Shown here in pieces: positions 1 to 8,910 of a stretch of DNA of 64,000 nt. This DNA comes from Escherichia virus TH58: the sequence record MT446423.1, one strand, 5' to 3'. Every line of letters begins with the position of its first letter. Position 1 is the first letter of the stretch. Below the pieces are notes generated by a model that saw nothing but the letters and a program-made list of their open reading frames with translations, was not told where the DNA came from and did no database searches. Both the position numbers and the translations under genes were made by a program.

Positions 1-30
1 ATCTCTTATTCTAGCTATTCATTATGTCCT

Positions 31-369
31 ATGAGCCGAGCTCACGGTAAAGATGTATCATATCTTTCAATTCGGAAACGTGTAAACTTCAAACGTAGTA
101 CAGAGTATGTTGGTGGTCTCTTTGTTAAAGATAATAAAATAACCCGTATTAGTTATCCTTTAAGTGTAGGTCAAAAAGATGTTGATGTTGATTTAGACTT
201 AACTGAAAGTAACATTAATCGTATTGCTTCTGTATATTTTGATATCGATGAAAAAATTGTAGTGTGTGGATACGAATTACCACCTGAAGAAAAGGCTGAA
301 ACAATTGAAGTCGAATTAGAAATTTCTGTTGATGACCAAATATTTAATGCATTTATGAATCGAGGTTAA
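31..369 (+). CDS. hypothetical early protein
   Basis: ATG ORF upstream of primase in T4-like 61.x region; no recognisable motif. Confidence 0.4.
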   Translation: MSRAHGKDVSYLSIRKRVNFKRSTEYVGGLFVKDNKITRISYPLSVGQKDVDVDLDLTESNINRIASVYFDIDEKIVVCGYELPPEEKAETIEVELEISVDDQIFNAFMNRG

Positions 370-370
370 A

Positions 371-568
371 ATGACTACTGCAATTTGCACTGGTTCTAAA
401 ATTAGTGTTTTTACAAGTTTTGAAGATTATGAAGTTGTTTCAAAACACCAATGCCATATTAGCGTAAAAGCTAATGATGGTGTAATTTGGAATATTCCAC
501 ACTATGAAGACACTACATATGAAGTCACAGATGCGAACGGTGATAAAGCGATCTTTGTGATTGATTAA
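371..568 (+). CDS. hypothetical small early protein
   Basis: ATG ORF, tightly packed with neighbours. Confidence 0.35.
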   Translation: MTTAICTGSKISVFTSFEDYEVVSKHQCHISVKANDGVIWNIPHYEDTTYEVTDANGDKAIFVID

Positions 569-587
569 ATATACTCAGGAGGTACCT

Positions 588-1055
588 ATGGGTATTATTA
601 ACACTGCAATAGATTCTGTTTATGCATATAAGTTTATTCGACTAATGCAAAAACCTTTTACCGAATGGAAAGCATACGAAGCCAAAATCATCGATGAACG
701 TGGAAGTGTTCTTAAACGCCCTTCCACTCCCGAAGAGAAAGCTGCGTATACACCTTTTCATGCTTCAGTTCGTTCAATGAAGCGAATGATGAGCACTATT
801 CCAGGTCTTAATGGAATGGCCTCAATGATGTCTGCCTGGAGTGCTGTAGCTTCACGCTATAACATTACGGAAGAACAACAGAAAGAAATATTTAAAGAAC
901 TCCCTTTATTTGAGGATATGGTTGCTGGTGATTCAGGTGGCAGCCCTCAAGCTATTGCATCAGGAACAACTACAGGTGCAGTCGTAAATAAAGGTCCAGA
1001 AAAAATTCCTTCCAAGAAAAGAAAGCGAATTAAAGTAAATATTAATAAGTTGTGA
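588..1055 (+). CDS. hypothetical protein with basic C-terminal tail
   Basis: GGAGG RBS 7 nt before ATG at 588; C-terminal KKRKRIK. Confidence 0.45.
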   Translation: MGIINTAIDSVYAYKFIRLMQKPFTEWKAYEAKIIDERGSVLKRPSTPEEKAAYTPFHASVRSMKRMMSTIPGLNGMASMMSAWSAVASRYNITEEQQKEIFKELPLFEDMVAGDSGGSPQAIASGTTTGAVVNKGPEKIPSKKRKRIKVNINKL

Positions 1056-1094
1056 TATGATGGCCTTATTAATTTAAGGCCTCTGGAGAATACT

Positions 1095-2117
1095 ATGGCT
1101 GAATGGATAGATAATGAATTTGCTTATCGTGCGTTTTCTCACCTACCTCGTTTTAGACAAATCAATAATTCAAGCACATTTAAATTAACATTTCGATGCC
1201 CAGTTTGTGGCGACTCCCAGACAGATGCAATGAAAGCTCGCGGATGGTATTATGGCGGTACTCCAGGTAATGTGCATTGCTATAACTGTCAATATCATAA
1301 TACGATTTCCGGATACTTAAAAGAGTATGACGAAGAGCTTTATCGTGAATATCTAATGGAAGTTCGTAAAGAAAAAGCTAGAATGGAACCAAAGATTGAA
1401 AAGGTTCCTGAACATAAACCAGAACCGGAGAAAAAGACTATAAATTCTTTGCCGTCTTGTTCTCGTCTGGACAAGTTGCCTGAAGAGCATCCTATTGTGA
1501 AATATGTTAAGTCTCGGTGTATTCCTAAAGAATCATGGAACAGATTATGGTTCACATTAGAATGGCCTAAATTGGTCAACAAGATTCAACCAGGCACGTA
1601 TAAGAAAGAGATTCCAGAACCGCGTTTAGTGATTCCTATTTTTAATAAAGACGGGAAGGCTGAGTCATTTCAAGGACGTGCACTTCGCAAAGATGCTCCT
1701 CAGAAATATATCACTATTAAAGCGTTTGAGTCTGCAACAAAAATTTATGGTGTTGAACGTGTTAAGGAAGGAGACGTCTGGGTAATGGAAGGCCCTATTG
1801 ATAGTTTATTCATACCCAATGCAATCGCTATTACAGGCGGCTCAATAGATTTAGATGTGGTACCATTTAAAGAACGTCGGGTATGGGTGATGGATAATGA
1901 ACCTAGGCATCCGGATACTATAGCTCGTATGAAGCGATTAGTAGATGCAGGCGAACGTGTTATGTTCTGGGATAGAGCTCCATGGAGTTCAAAGGATGTG
2001 AATGATATGGTAATGAAAGAAAATGCAACACCACAAGAAATTTTAGAATATATGAAACAGAATATTTCAAGTGGGTTGCATGCTAAAATGAGATTATCTC
2101 GTTATTCGAAGATTTAA
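1095..2117 (+). CDS. 61: DNA primase (T4 gp61-like)
   Basis: 340 aa; N-terminal zinc ribbon CPVCG...CYNC; length and context match T4 gp61. Confidence 0.9.
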   Translation: MAEWIDNEFAYRAFSHLPRFRQINNSSTFKLTFRCPVCGDSQTDAMKARGWYYGGTPGNVHCYNCQYHNTISGYLKEYDEELYREYLMEVRKEKARMEPKIEKVPEHKPEPEKKTINSLPSCSRLDKLPEEHPIVKYVKSRCIPKESWNRLWFTLEWPKLVNKIQPGTYKKEIPEPRLVIPIFNKDGKAESFQGRALRKDAPQKYITIKAFESATKIYGVERVKEGDVWVMEGPIDSLFIPNAIAITGGSIDLDVVPFKERRVWVMDNEPRHPDTIARMKRLVDAGERVMFWDRAPWSSKDVNDMVMKENATPQEILEYMKQNISSGLHAKMRLSRYSKI

Positions 2118-2311
2118 ACAAGCCCTATAATAGCAAAGGCCAAATCAACTACAGTATCCAAAGGAACAGAAGGAACCATAACACCATGGGCAACTAACAA
2201 TGGTGCAATCCCGAAGTTCCATGAAATAATGCCACCTACAACTATTGCAGCGATAGCAGTTTTCTTTTTATTGCCTTTAATAGCGTTGATTAACGATGGA
2301 AGTTTAAACAT
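2114..2311 (-). CDS. small membrane protein (two predicted TM helices)
   Basis: 65 aa hydrophobic ORF on opposite strand; strong AAGGAGA RBS 6 nt upstream of ATG. Confidence 0.45.
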   Translation of the reverse strand: MFKLPSLINAIKGNKKKTAIAAIVVGGIISWNFGIAPLLVAHGVMVPSVPLDTVVDLAFAIIGLV

Positions 2312-2340
2312 AATATCTCCTTAGTTACCTTATTATTTAT

Positions 2341-2367
2341 TACGCTTTATAAAATTAATGTTAGAAT
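2341..2367 (+). promoter_or_regulatory. possible MotA-dependent middle promoter for gene 56
   Basis: MotA-box-like TACGCTTTA, 12-nt spacer, TAGAAT -10. Confidence 0.4.
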
Positions 2368-2401
2368 TAACTTCTCTTATACTGAATTGAAAGGAAAAAT
2401 A

Positions 2402-2923
2402 ATGGCGCACTTTAATGAATGTTCACAACTTATTTCTGGTGTTGATAAAGCAGAAGAAGCTTATTTTAATGCTCTGATTCACGAAGATAAAGACCCACTT
2501 CAGGTAATGCTTGATATGCAGAAATCTTTACAGGTTCGTCTGGCAAATGACAAGCCTGATCATAACAAACATCCTGATGAATTGGCCACTGCCGGCGATG
2601 TTGTTGATTGGTTGCGTAATCAGAAAGATTATATTGATGATGAATTCCGTGAACTGCTGACTTCACTTGGTGGTATGTCCAACGGTGAAAAAGCCGCTAG
2701 CTCTGTATGGAAGCCATGGAAAGCACAACATGCTGAATATCGAAATCGTCGTATCGATGAACTGTCTCCTGAAGACCAGCTTGAAATTAAATTCGAGATG
2801 ATTGATATCCTCCACTTTGTTCTGAATATGTTCCAAGGTCTGGGACTTTCCGCTGAAGAAATCTTTAAACTGTATTACTTGAAGAATGCTGAAAACTTCG
2901 CTCGCCAAAACCGAGGTTACTAA
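2402..2923 (+). CDS. 56: dCTP pyrophosphatase (dCTPase, T4 gp56-like, MazG fold)
   Basis: N-terminus MAHFNEC.. and overall sequence recognisably T4 gp56-like; start chosen at internal ATG after RBS. Confidence 0.85.
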   Translation: MAHFNECSQLISGVDKAEEAYFNALIHEDKDPLQVMLDMQKSLQVRLANDKPDHNKHPDELATAGDVVDWLRNQKDYIDDEFRELLTSLGGMSNGEKAASSVWKPWKAQHAEYRNRRIDELSPEDQLEIKFEMIDILHFVLNMFQGLGLSAEEIFKLYYLKNAENFARQNRGY

Positions 2924-2989
2924 TGGCTCGTTTAAATAAACGACAGCTTAAGAAAGCCCACAAGAAACGTATTGACCAGCTATTTAAAA

Positions 2990-3310
2990 ATGATAACAGT
3001 GAGCTTATTTGTAAGCTCCTGTCTAATCAGCTTCAGCATGTTAGTCAATTATCAGACCATCTACATATGGTTGATTGGGTTGCAAATGAAACTTGATTTT
3101 TATGCATGGCAAAAAGCCGGGAGACCGGCTAATAAAGCATTCGGCTCTGATGGATATAGTACTAGACTCCACTGGAAATTTAATACTCCGGATGATTATT
3201 CTCCGGTAATAATTAACGGTGATGTTGTTATATTAGCTAAATTCGGATATTTTATTGTCCCGAAGAAATTTATTATAAATACACCTGTAATTAAACAACA
3301 AAGGAGTTAA
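2990..3310 (+). CDS. hypothetical protein with N-terminal TM segment
   Basis: track ORF starts at TTG 2972; first ATG at 2990; hydrophobic N-terminus. Confidence 0.3.
   Translation: MITVSLFVSSCLISFSMLVNYQTIYIWLIGLQMKLDFYAWQKAGRPANKAFGSDGYSTRLHWKFNTPDDYSPVIINGDVVILAKFGYFIVPKKFIINTPVIKQQRS
3274..3281 (+). promoter_or_regulatory. late promoter (TATAAATA) for soc
   Basis: exact TATAAATA 32 nt upstream of soc ATG. Confidence 0.5.
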
Positions 3311-3312
3311 TT

Positions 3313-3549
3313 ATGGGTGGTTATGTAAACATCAAAACCTTTACGCATCCTGCTGGTGAAGGTAAAGAAGTTAAAGGCATGGAAGTTTCTGTACCGTTTG
3401 AGATTTATTCAAACGAACACCGGATTGCAGATTCTCATTACCAAATCTTTCCATCAGAAAAGGCAGCATATTCTACTGTAGTTTCTGATGCAGCTGATTG
3501 GAAAACTAAGAATGCTGCAATGTTTACGCCTACACCAGTAAGTGGTTAA
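3313..3549 (+). CDS. soc: small outer capsid protein Soc
   Basis: 78 aa; GYVNIKTF...HYQ.FPSEKAAYSTV motif matches T4 Soc; AAGGAG RBS. Confidence 0.8.
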   Translation: MGGYVNIKTFTHPAGEGKEVKGMEVSVPFEIYSNEHRIADSHYQIFPSEKAAYSTVVSDAADWKTKNAAMFTPTPVSG

Positions 3550-3558
3550 ATAATTTAA

Positions 3559-3585
3559 GGAATCCTTCGGGATTCCTTTTTTTGT
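3559..3585 (+). terminator. rho-independent terminator after soc
   Basis: GGAATCC-TTCG-GGATTCC hairpin plus T9. Confidence 0.7.
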
Positions 3586-3592
3586 TTCTACG

Positions 3593-3622
3593 GTTTACAA
3601 CCACTAAAAACTGTGTTAAGAT
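3593..3622 (+). promoter_or_regulatory. possible early promoter (weak -10)
   Basis: GTTTAC -35 after soc terminator; TAAGAT -10. Confidence 0.3.
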
Positions 3623-3650
3623 ATTCTTACTTACTCAAGAGGAGAACAAT

Positions 3651-3878
3651 ATGTTAAATCGTTGGATTAAACCTAATAACACATTAGGTGCTTTGATTGC
3701 TCAAGAAGTTTCGTTGAAATACGGCCTTGGATATTATGATGATGTAGTCGTACACTCATTCATGATGGATGGTGAAGACGTCAAATTTAATGCCGAAATT
3801 CGTTGGGATGATGGTGGTGTTCGTTTTGTTCGAGGAACAATTAATGCTTACGATGCTGAAGAAGTTGTTTGCTGTTAA
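3651..3878 (+). CDS. hypothetical protein
   Basis: ATG at 3651 after GAGGAGA RBS, downstream of terminator and promoter. Confidence 0.4.
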   Translation: MLNRWIKPNNTLGALIAQEVSLKYGLGYYDDVVVHSFMMDGEDVKFNAEIRWDDGGVRFVRGTINAYDAEEVVCC

Positions 3879-3891
3879 ACCAGGCGAAGGT

Positions 3892-4092
3892 ATGATGCCT
3901 ATTCCTGATACACACGAAAAAAGTTGGGAATATATCGGTGACGGAATGATGGAAGAAGTTGTTCGTCCAAAAGCAAAACATGTTAATGCTTCAAGCTCTT
4001 CCGATTATAATCATTCATACGTATCGTCTTGGCCTGGTGATTCTGGGCCAAGTTATTCTGATTGTGGTTCAAGCTCAGGGAGCTGCGAATGA
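3892..4092 (+). CDS. hypothetical protein, Ser/Cys-rich C-terminus
   Basis: ATG at 3892 just after upstream stop; C-terminal DCGSSSGSCE. Confidence 0.35.
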   Translation: MMPIPDTHEKSWEYIGDGMMEEVVRPKAKHVNASSSSDYNHSYVSSWPGDSGPSYSDCGSSSGSCE

Positions 4093-4268
4093 ACAAGATA
4101 GTTAAATGGTTTAAAAGCTGGAATGATGGAGTCGGTCCGGAAGATTGGCTGGATGTTCTTGAAGAGAATATGGCTAAAGAATTCCAGAAACACGAAGAGA
4201 AGCTCGTCGAAGATGAAGGCGAACGTATTGTAAAACTTTATATGGGTGAACCATCGAGGAAATTATAA
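4089..4268 (+). CDS. hypothetical acidic small protein
   Basis: ATG 4089 overlapping upstream stop; coupled to next ORF. Confidence 0.4.
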   Translation: MNKIVKWFKSWNDGVGPEDWLDVLEENMAKEFQKHEEKLVEDEGERIVKLYMGEPSRKL

Positions 4269-4732
4269 TGGATGCTATGTTATTTAAAATGTATTTGCTT
4301 GAAGCCAAGTCGTTTAAACATATACCAGTAGAAGATAAGACTCCACTGGAAATAGCTATTCTCATTAACAAAAGTCTAAATAACCCGCAATATATCGTAG
4401 AAGAATTCTGCAAATTGCAGATTCCTAAAGGTTACAAAATTCGTGTAGAGCGAGTTGGAGCTATTACTCGTTCTAAAAATTCTCCGTTTAGTCTTGAAGA
4501 AGGCATAAAGGACTTAGGTTATGAATCTACGGAAAATGCCGTTTATGTGAATCCTGAAAAGCGTTTAGACTTGTTTGAAAAGCGAGACCATAAGTATTTT
4601 GCCAAAAAATACTTTATTACATCATTAGCAGATTTAACCCATTTGCAACGAGCTATTTGGAAATTTTTTAAGACAAAAGGTGTAGCACTAGAAACATTCT
4701 CTGAACCTGCTAGTTTTTATCTCGGTGAATAA
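4268..4732 (+). CDS. hypothetical protein (occupies T4 mrh position)
   Basis: 154 aa ORF between soc and the Mod genes; positional only. Confidence 0.45.
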   Translation: MDAMLFKMYLLEAKSFKHIPVEDKTPLEIAILINKSLNNPQYIVEEFCKLQIPKGYKIRVERVGAITRSKNSPFSLEEGIKDLGYESTENAVYVNPEKRLDLFEKRDHKYFAKKYFITSLADLTHLQRAIWKFFKTKGVALETFSEPASFYLGE

Positions 4733-4733
4733 T

Positions 4734-4913
4734 ATGGACTTGATGAGTATGTTTGATGAGCCCGAAGTTGAGGCTCCTAAAGTGCATCGTAGTGAACTTG
4801 TTGATGAACTAGATAGTATTATAAAACGACACGGCTTTAGTTTACCTGTCGAAGCCCTGAAAGATCTTGCCTCTTATTATGACGACCCTCCACCATGGAG
4901 TCCTTGGAAATGA
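4734..4913 (+). CDS. hypothetical small protein
   Basis: first ATG at 4734 after stop of previous ORF. Confidence 0.35.
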   Translation: MDLMSMFDEPEVEAPKVHRSELVDELDSIIKRHGFSLPVEALKDLASYYDDPPPWSPWK

Positions 4914-5073
4914 AAGAGAAATTTAAAGAGAAATTCTTACTAGAAATCAAGGAAAAAGACTTTGAGACATGGTATCGAATGGTGAAAGGGTTGACATTGC
5001 TTTTTAAAGCATCATTATTCATGCTAGAACAACCTGGACCTGACGGACCTTTAGTAGGAAAGCTTAAAAAGTA

Positions 5074-5102
5074 GTTTACATTCCCTCCTCTCGTGTTATG
5101 AT
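5074..5102 (+). promoter_or_regulatory. T4-type early promoter
   Basis: GTTTAC -35, 17-nt spacer, TATGAT -10; upstream of Mod ART gene. Confidence 0.5.
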
Positions 5103-5129
5103 AGGCTTATCTTTAAATGGAGGTCTATC

Positions 5130-5711
5130 ATGACATGTCAATCTGAACTTCAAGAACGTGAATACCTAACAAATCTGATTGATAGCAAATTCACCCGCCA
5201 AGAACAAAACATTCTCTGGGCTTGCACTGATTCTAAGGAAGACCCGGATTTCCACTATGAATTAGACCATCTTGTTCGTAAGCATATGACTTCTACAGTA
5301 CCAGTAGAACTCTACCGTGGTGTAACTCCAGAAGAAGTAGAACGTCTTTCCCTTCTTTCTGTTGGATGTCATTGGTCTCCTGGACGAGTAACATCGTTCA
5401 CAACTGATTTCAGTACAGCTCGTCAATTCTCCGGGAGTTGGGAGTATCAGACGTACACTATTCTTAGTCTCAGGAATGCTCCATTCATTTTTGATTACTA
5501 CCAAAACATGATTAACATTGTACTTGCCGGAAAGAACCCTAAGCATGTTATGGAAGAAAAACGTGTTGACGTCCTAGATATGATTGAATCTGAACAAGAG
5601 TACATGGTCTCAGGTATCTCTAGATTTGAGATTGTGGAAATTGAAGACTTAGAATATGACCCTTTATCTCGATTATACAAAATCATTCATTTAAAAATGT
5701 TGAATTTTTAG
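5130..5711 (+). CDS. modB: Mod-family mono-ADP-ribosyltransferase (ModB position)
   Basis: R (LYRGV), S-x-S (FTTDFSTAR) and E-x-E (EQEYMV) motifs; GGAGG RBS; symbol assigned by T4 gene order only. Confidence 0.7.
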   Translation: MTCQSELQEREYLTNLIDSKFTRQEQNILWACTDSKEDPDFHYELDHLVRKHMTSTVPVELYRGVTPEEVERLSLLSVGCHWSPGRVTSFTTDFSTARQFSGSWEYQTYTILSLRNAPFIFDYYQNMINIVLAGKNPKHVMEEKRVDVLDMIESEQEYMVSGISRFEIVEIEDLEYDPLSRLYKIIHLKMLNF

Positions 5712-5740
5712 TGTACAAACTCTTCCGACGATGATACTAT
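5711..5740 (+). promoter_or_regulatory. T4-type early promoter
   Basis: GTGTAC -35, 18-nt spacer, TACTAT -10. Confidence 0.45.
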
Positions 5741-5768
5741 ACTTTTATCAACCACAGGAGAAACCTAA

Positions 5769-6377
5769 ATGTTTATGCCGTATAACGAGTGTGAAATTGA
5801 AGAAATGGTTCGTCGTGCTCAATGCCCGGATTATCAAGATATGCTTCAGTACAAAATCGATGAGCAATTCAGCGACATTGAACAAAGTGTACTATGGCAG
5901 TGTATGGAAAACAAGCCAGACAGCATCCAACAAGATTTAAGTGCAATTGTTCGTAGAAATTGGTCTTCTTCAGTTCCTGAGACAATGTATCGTGGAATCT
6001 CTAAGAAAACTATGGCCACACTTGATGATAAAGGCATAGGTAGTATTATTAAATTTGACAGAGTAATGAGCTTTAGTCCGGTGTTCGGTGTAGCACGTAA
6101 CTTCGCTTCATATAATTTTTACGGAACATTTAATATGTTCTGCATCAAAGATGCACCATTTGCTTTCAACTTCCGTGAACATATGCTTAACATGATTCTG
6201 GCTGCGCCATCTTGTGAGTTCAATGGAGCTTTCCCTGAAGCGACAAGACGGTCTAATGCTAGACTTATATCTGACGAATGTGAATTTATGCTCCCTATAG
6301 GGACTACACTGCGTGTAGATTCTATTATTCAAGATGGACGTTATACAATCTGGAATCTGTCTATTATCGGTTACTGA
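5769..6377 (+). CDS. modA: Mod-family mono-ADP-ribosyltransferase (ModA position)
   Basis: R (MYRGI), S-x-S (MSFSPVFG), E-x-E (ECEFML) motifs; tandem to previous ART; symbol positional. Confidence 0.7.
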   Translation: MFMPYNECEIEEMVRRAQCPDYQDMLQYKIDEQFSDIEQSVLWQCMENKPDSIQQDLSAIVRRNWSSSVPETMYRGISKKTMATLDDKGIGSIIKFDRVMSFSPVFGVARNFASYNFYGTFNMFCIKDAPFAFNFREHMLNMILAAPSCEFNGAFPEATRRSNARLISDECEFMLPIGTTLRVDSIIQDGRYTIWNLSIIGY

Positions 6378-6451
6378 CTGGATTGGAATAACCGGATGGA
6401 ACTCAGAACCATTATAACACATAAAAAATTAAAGCATTTTACGAAAAAAGT

Positions 6452-6480
6452 GTGTACACTACCTGAGGGCGTGATATTAT
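6452..6480 (+). promoter_or_regulatory. T4-type early promoter
   Basis: GTGTAC -35, 17-nt spacer, TATTAT -10, TAGACCTATC downstream box. Confidence 0.5.
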
Positions 6481-6530
6481 AGACCTATCAGCTAAATGAC
6501 CTTAACGTCCGTAAGACAGAGGAAAATATT

Positions 6531-7277
6531 ATGTTATCAAATAATAAAATTAACAAAATCAATCGTCGTCTTGACCACACCAGAGCTTCTGCGAAGAGAC
6601 GCTCTAAGGATTTTAACTTAGACTTTAATTACCTTAAAAACATTCTTGATCAAAAGGTCTGCGCTTACTCAGGTGAATCTTTCAATAACTCTGTTGAAGG
6701 TGAGAAATTATCCTTAGAACGTTTTAATAACGATATCGGCTACATTAAAGGTAATGTTATCCCAGTTAAGAAAAAATATAACACGGCTCGTTCTGATTTA
6801 ACATTAGAAGAACTTATTGAGAAACGTGATGCCATTGCAAGACGTATCGCTAATCCTTCTGCCCGTAAAGTAGAGAAACTTAATCTCGACGAGAAGAAAT
6901 GGGCCCAAATTAAAAAGGTTTATGATACTATTTTAAAAATCCGAGCAAAACGTGAAAATCGTGTTAAGCATATGGCGAACATGATGAAAAATCAACCTTT
7001 ATCTAACGAATCTAAACTTAAAATTGTTGCTTTGAAAGCACGCATTAATGGCTCACATCAAGCAGAAGGCCATGAACTTACTAAACTCAACGTTCTTCTT
7101 AAAGGCTCTGACTGGAAAACTAAAACTAAATTAACTGACGCTGAATCGCTTTTCGATACATATGATAAAGTTATCAAAGGTCTGCAACGTTTTGAAAAGA
7201 TCGGTTTCATTGGTAAATTAAAATTGAAACGTGGCTTACCACTTAGCGCATCATTATTCCAACTGATTAAAGGTTAA
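6531..7277 (+). CDS. hypothetical Lys-rich protein (occupies T4 srd position)
   Basis: 248 aa ORF between mod genes and dda; positional only. Confidence 0.5.
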   Translation: MLSNNKINKINRRLDHTRASAKRRSKDFNLDFNYLKNILDQKVCAYSGESFNNSVEGEKLSLERFNNDIGYIKGNVIPVKKKYNTARSDLTLEELIEKRDAIARRIANPSARKVEKLNLDEKKWAQIKKVYDTILKIRAKRENRVKHMANMMKNQPLSNESKLKIVALKARINGSHQAEGHELTKLNVLLKGSDWKTKTKLTDAESLFDTYDKVIKGLQRFEKIGFIGKLKLKRGLPLSASLFQLIKG

Positions 7278-7279
7278 TT

Positions 7280-7591
7280 ATGGTTTATGTATATGCAATA
7301 GTTTATCGAGATATGGAAGGATTTACTGTCCCGGTTCCACTCGATGAGCATCGTCCTGCAGTATTTTTTAGAAAGGATATTGCAGATAAAGTTTTCGATA
7401 CTTTGAAAACCCAGTATAAAACAGATTTAAAAATGGGAGCTCTAAGAATGGTCGAAACTCCGCGTAAGTTCTGGTTTAATAAGCTTGAAATGAAACACAT
7501 TAAACTAGATGCGGAGACGCAAAAATTGTATCAACGAATCCTGGATACAGGCCGTATTGTTAGTATTCCAATTGCAGGGACTTTACGATGA
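7280..7591 (+). CDS. hypothetical protein (dda.1 position)
   Basis: 103 aa; stop overlaps dda start (ATGA). Confidence 0.45.
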   Translation: MVYVYAIVYRDMEGFTVPVPLDEHRPAVFFRKDIADKVFDTLKTQYKTDLKMGALRMVETPRKFWFNKLEMKHIKLDAETQKLYQRILDTGRIVSIPIAGTLR

Positions 7592-8901
7592 CATTTGATG
7601 ATTTGACTGAAGGCCAGAAAAACGCCTTCAACGTTGTTATGAACGCTATTAAAGAAAAGAAACATCATGTAACTATTAATGGGCCTGCTGGTACAGGTAA
7701 AACAACCCTTACTAGATTCATCGTTGAAGCCCTTATTTCTTCTGGAGAATCAGGTATTATTTTAGCAGCCCCTACACATGCTGCTAAAAAGGTTCTAAGC
7801 AAACTTGCGGGTCAAGAAGCATCGACTATTCATAGCATTCTTAAAATCAACCCAACTACATACGAAGAAAACGTATTGTTTGAACAGAAAAAGGTTCCCG
7901 ACTTAGCCTTGTGTCGTGTACTGTTATTTGATGAAGCGTCAATGTGCGACCGTTCTCTGTTTAAAATAATGTTAGCTAGTATCCCTAAATGGTGTACAGT
8001 AATTGGAATCGGCGACAGATGCCAGATTCGTCCGGTAGACCCAGGCGAATCAACTGCGTATCTAAGTCCTTTCTTCACTCACAAAGACTTCGTGCAATGC
8101 AACCTTACAGAAGTTAAACGTAGCAATGCACCAATTATTGATGTTGCTACTGATATTCGTAATGGCAAATGGATCTACGATAAAGTAGTTGATGGGCACG
8201 GTGTTCATGGATATACAGACCTTAAATCGTATATGATGAACTATTTTAACGTCGTTAAAACTCCTGAAGACCTTTTCGAAAATCGAATGATGGCATTCAC
8301 AAATAAGTCGGTGGACAAGTTAAATTCAATTATTCGCCGAAAACTTCTTGAAACAGAAAAACCATTTATTAAAGACGAAGTCATTGTTCTACAGGAGCCA
8401 TTTACTAAGACATATAAGCTAGATGGTAAAAATATGACCGAAATGCTTTTCAATAACGGCCAATTCGTTCGTATTCGAGATGCTGTAGAAACGTCTACAT
8501 TCGTTAAAGCACGTGGTGTTTCAGGCGAATATATGATACGATACTGGAATCTTACAGTAGAAACATATGGGGATGATGAAGAATATATCCGTGAAGATAT
8601 AAAGGTTATTTCTTCTGAAGAAGAGCTTTATAAATTTAATTTGTTTTTAGCTAAGACCGCAGAAACATACAAATTTTGGAATAAAGGTGGTAAAGCTCCA
8701 TGGAGCGAATTCTGGGATGCTAAACGTATGTTCACTAAGGTGAAGGCACTACCAGTATCAACTTTCCATAAGGCCCAGGGTATGTCTGTTGACACGGCCT
8801 TTGTTTATACACCGTGTATCCATTATGCTGATTCAGAATTAGCTAAACAGTTATTGTATGTCGGCACAACTCGTGGTCGTTTTGACGTCCATTTTATTTG
8901 A
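7588..8901 (+). CDS. dda: Dda SF1B DNA helicase
   Basis: 437 aa; MTFDDLTEGQKNAFN.. Walker A GPAGTGKT; near-colinear with T4 Dda. Confidence 0.9.
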   Translation: MTFDDLTEGQKNAFNVVMNAIKEKKHHVTINGPAGTGKTTLTRFIVEALISSGESGIILAAPTHAAKKVLSKLAGQEASTIHSILKINPTTYEENVLFEQKKVPDLALCRVLLFDEASMCDRSLFKIMLASIPKWCTVIGIGDRCQIRPVDPGESTAYLSPFFTHKDFVQCNLTEVKRSNAPIIDVATDIRNGKWIYDKVVDGHGVHGYTDLKSYMMNYFNVVKTPEDLFENRMMAFTNKSVDKLNSIIRRKLLETEKPFIKDEVIVLQEPFTKTYKLDGKNMTEMLFNNGQFVRIRDAVETSTFVKARGVSGEYMIRYWNLTVETYGDDEEYIREDIKVISSEEELYKFNLFLAKTAETYKFWNKGGKAPWSEFWDAKRMFTKVKALPVSTFHKAQGMSVDTAFVYTPCIHYADSELAKQLLYVGTTRGRFDVHFI

Positions 8902-8910
8902 GAGAAAATT

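Noticed and set aside
1340-1582. Minus-strand 80-aa ORF inside primase
   Set aside because: Fully embedded antisense in a strongly supported gene; no RBS.
2466-2908. Two minus-strand ORFs (66 and 81 aa) overlapping dCTPase
   Set aside because: Antisense to a conserved gene; no start signals.
5711-6480. GTGTAC-type -35 elements as a separate regulatory class
   Set aside because: Most simply read as single-base variants of the GTTTAC early -35 with normal 17-18 nt spacing; treated as ordinary early promoters.
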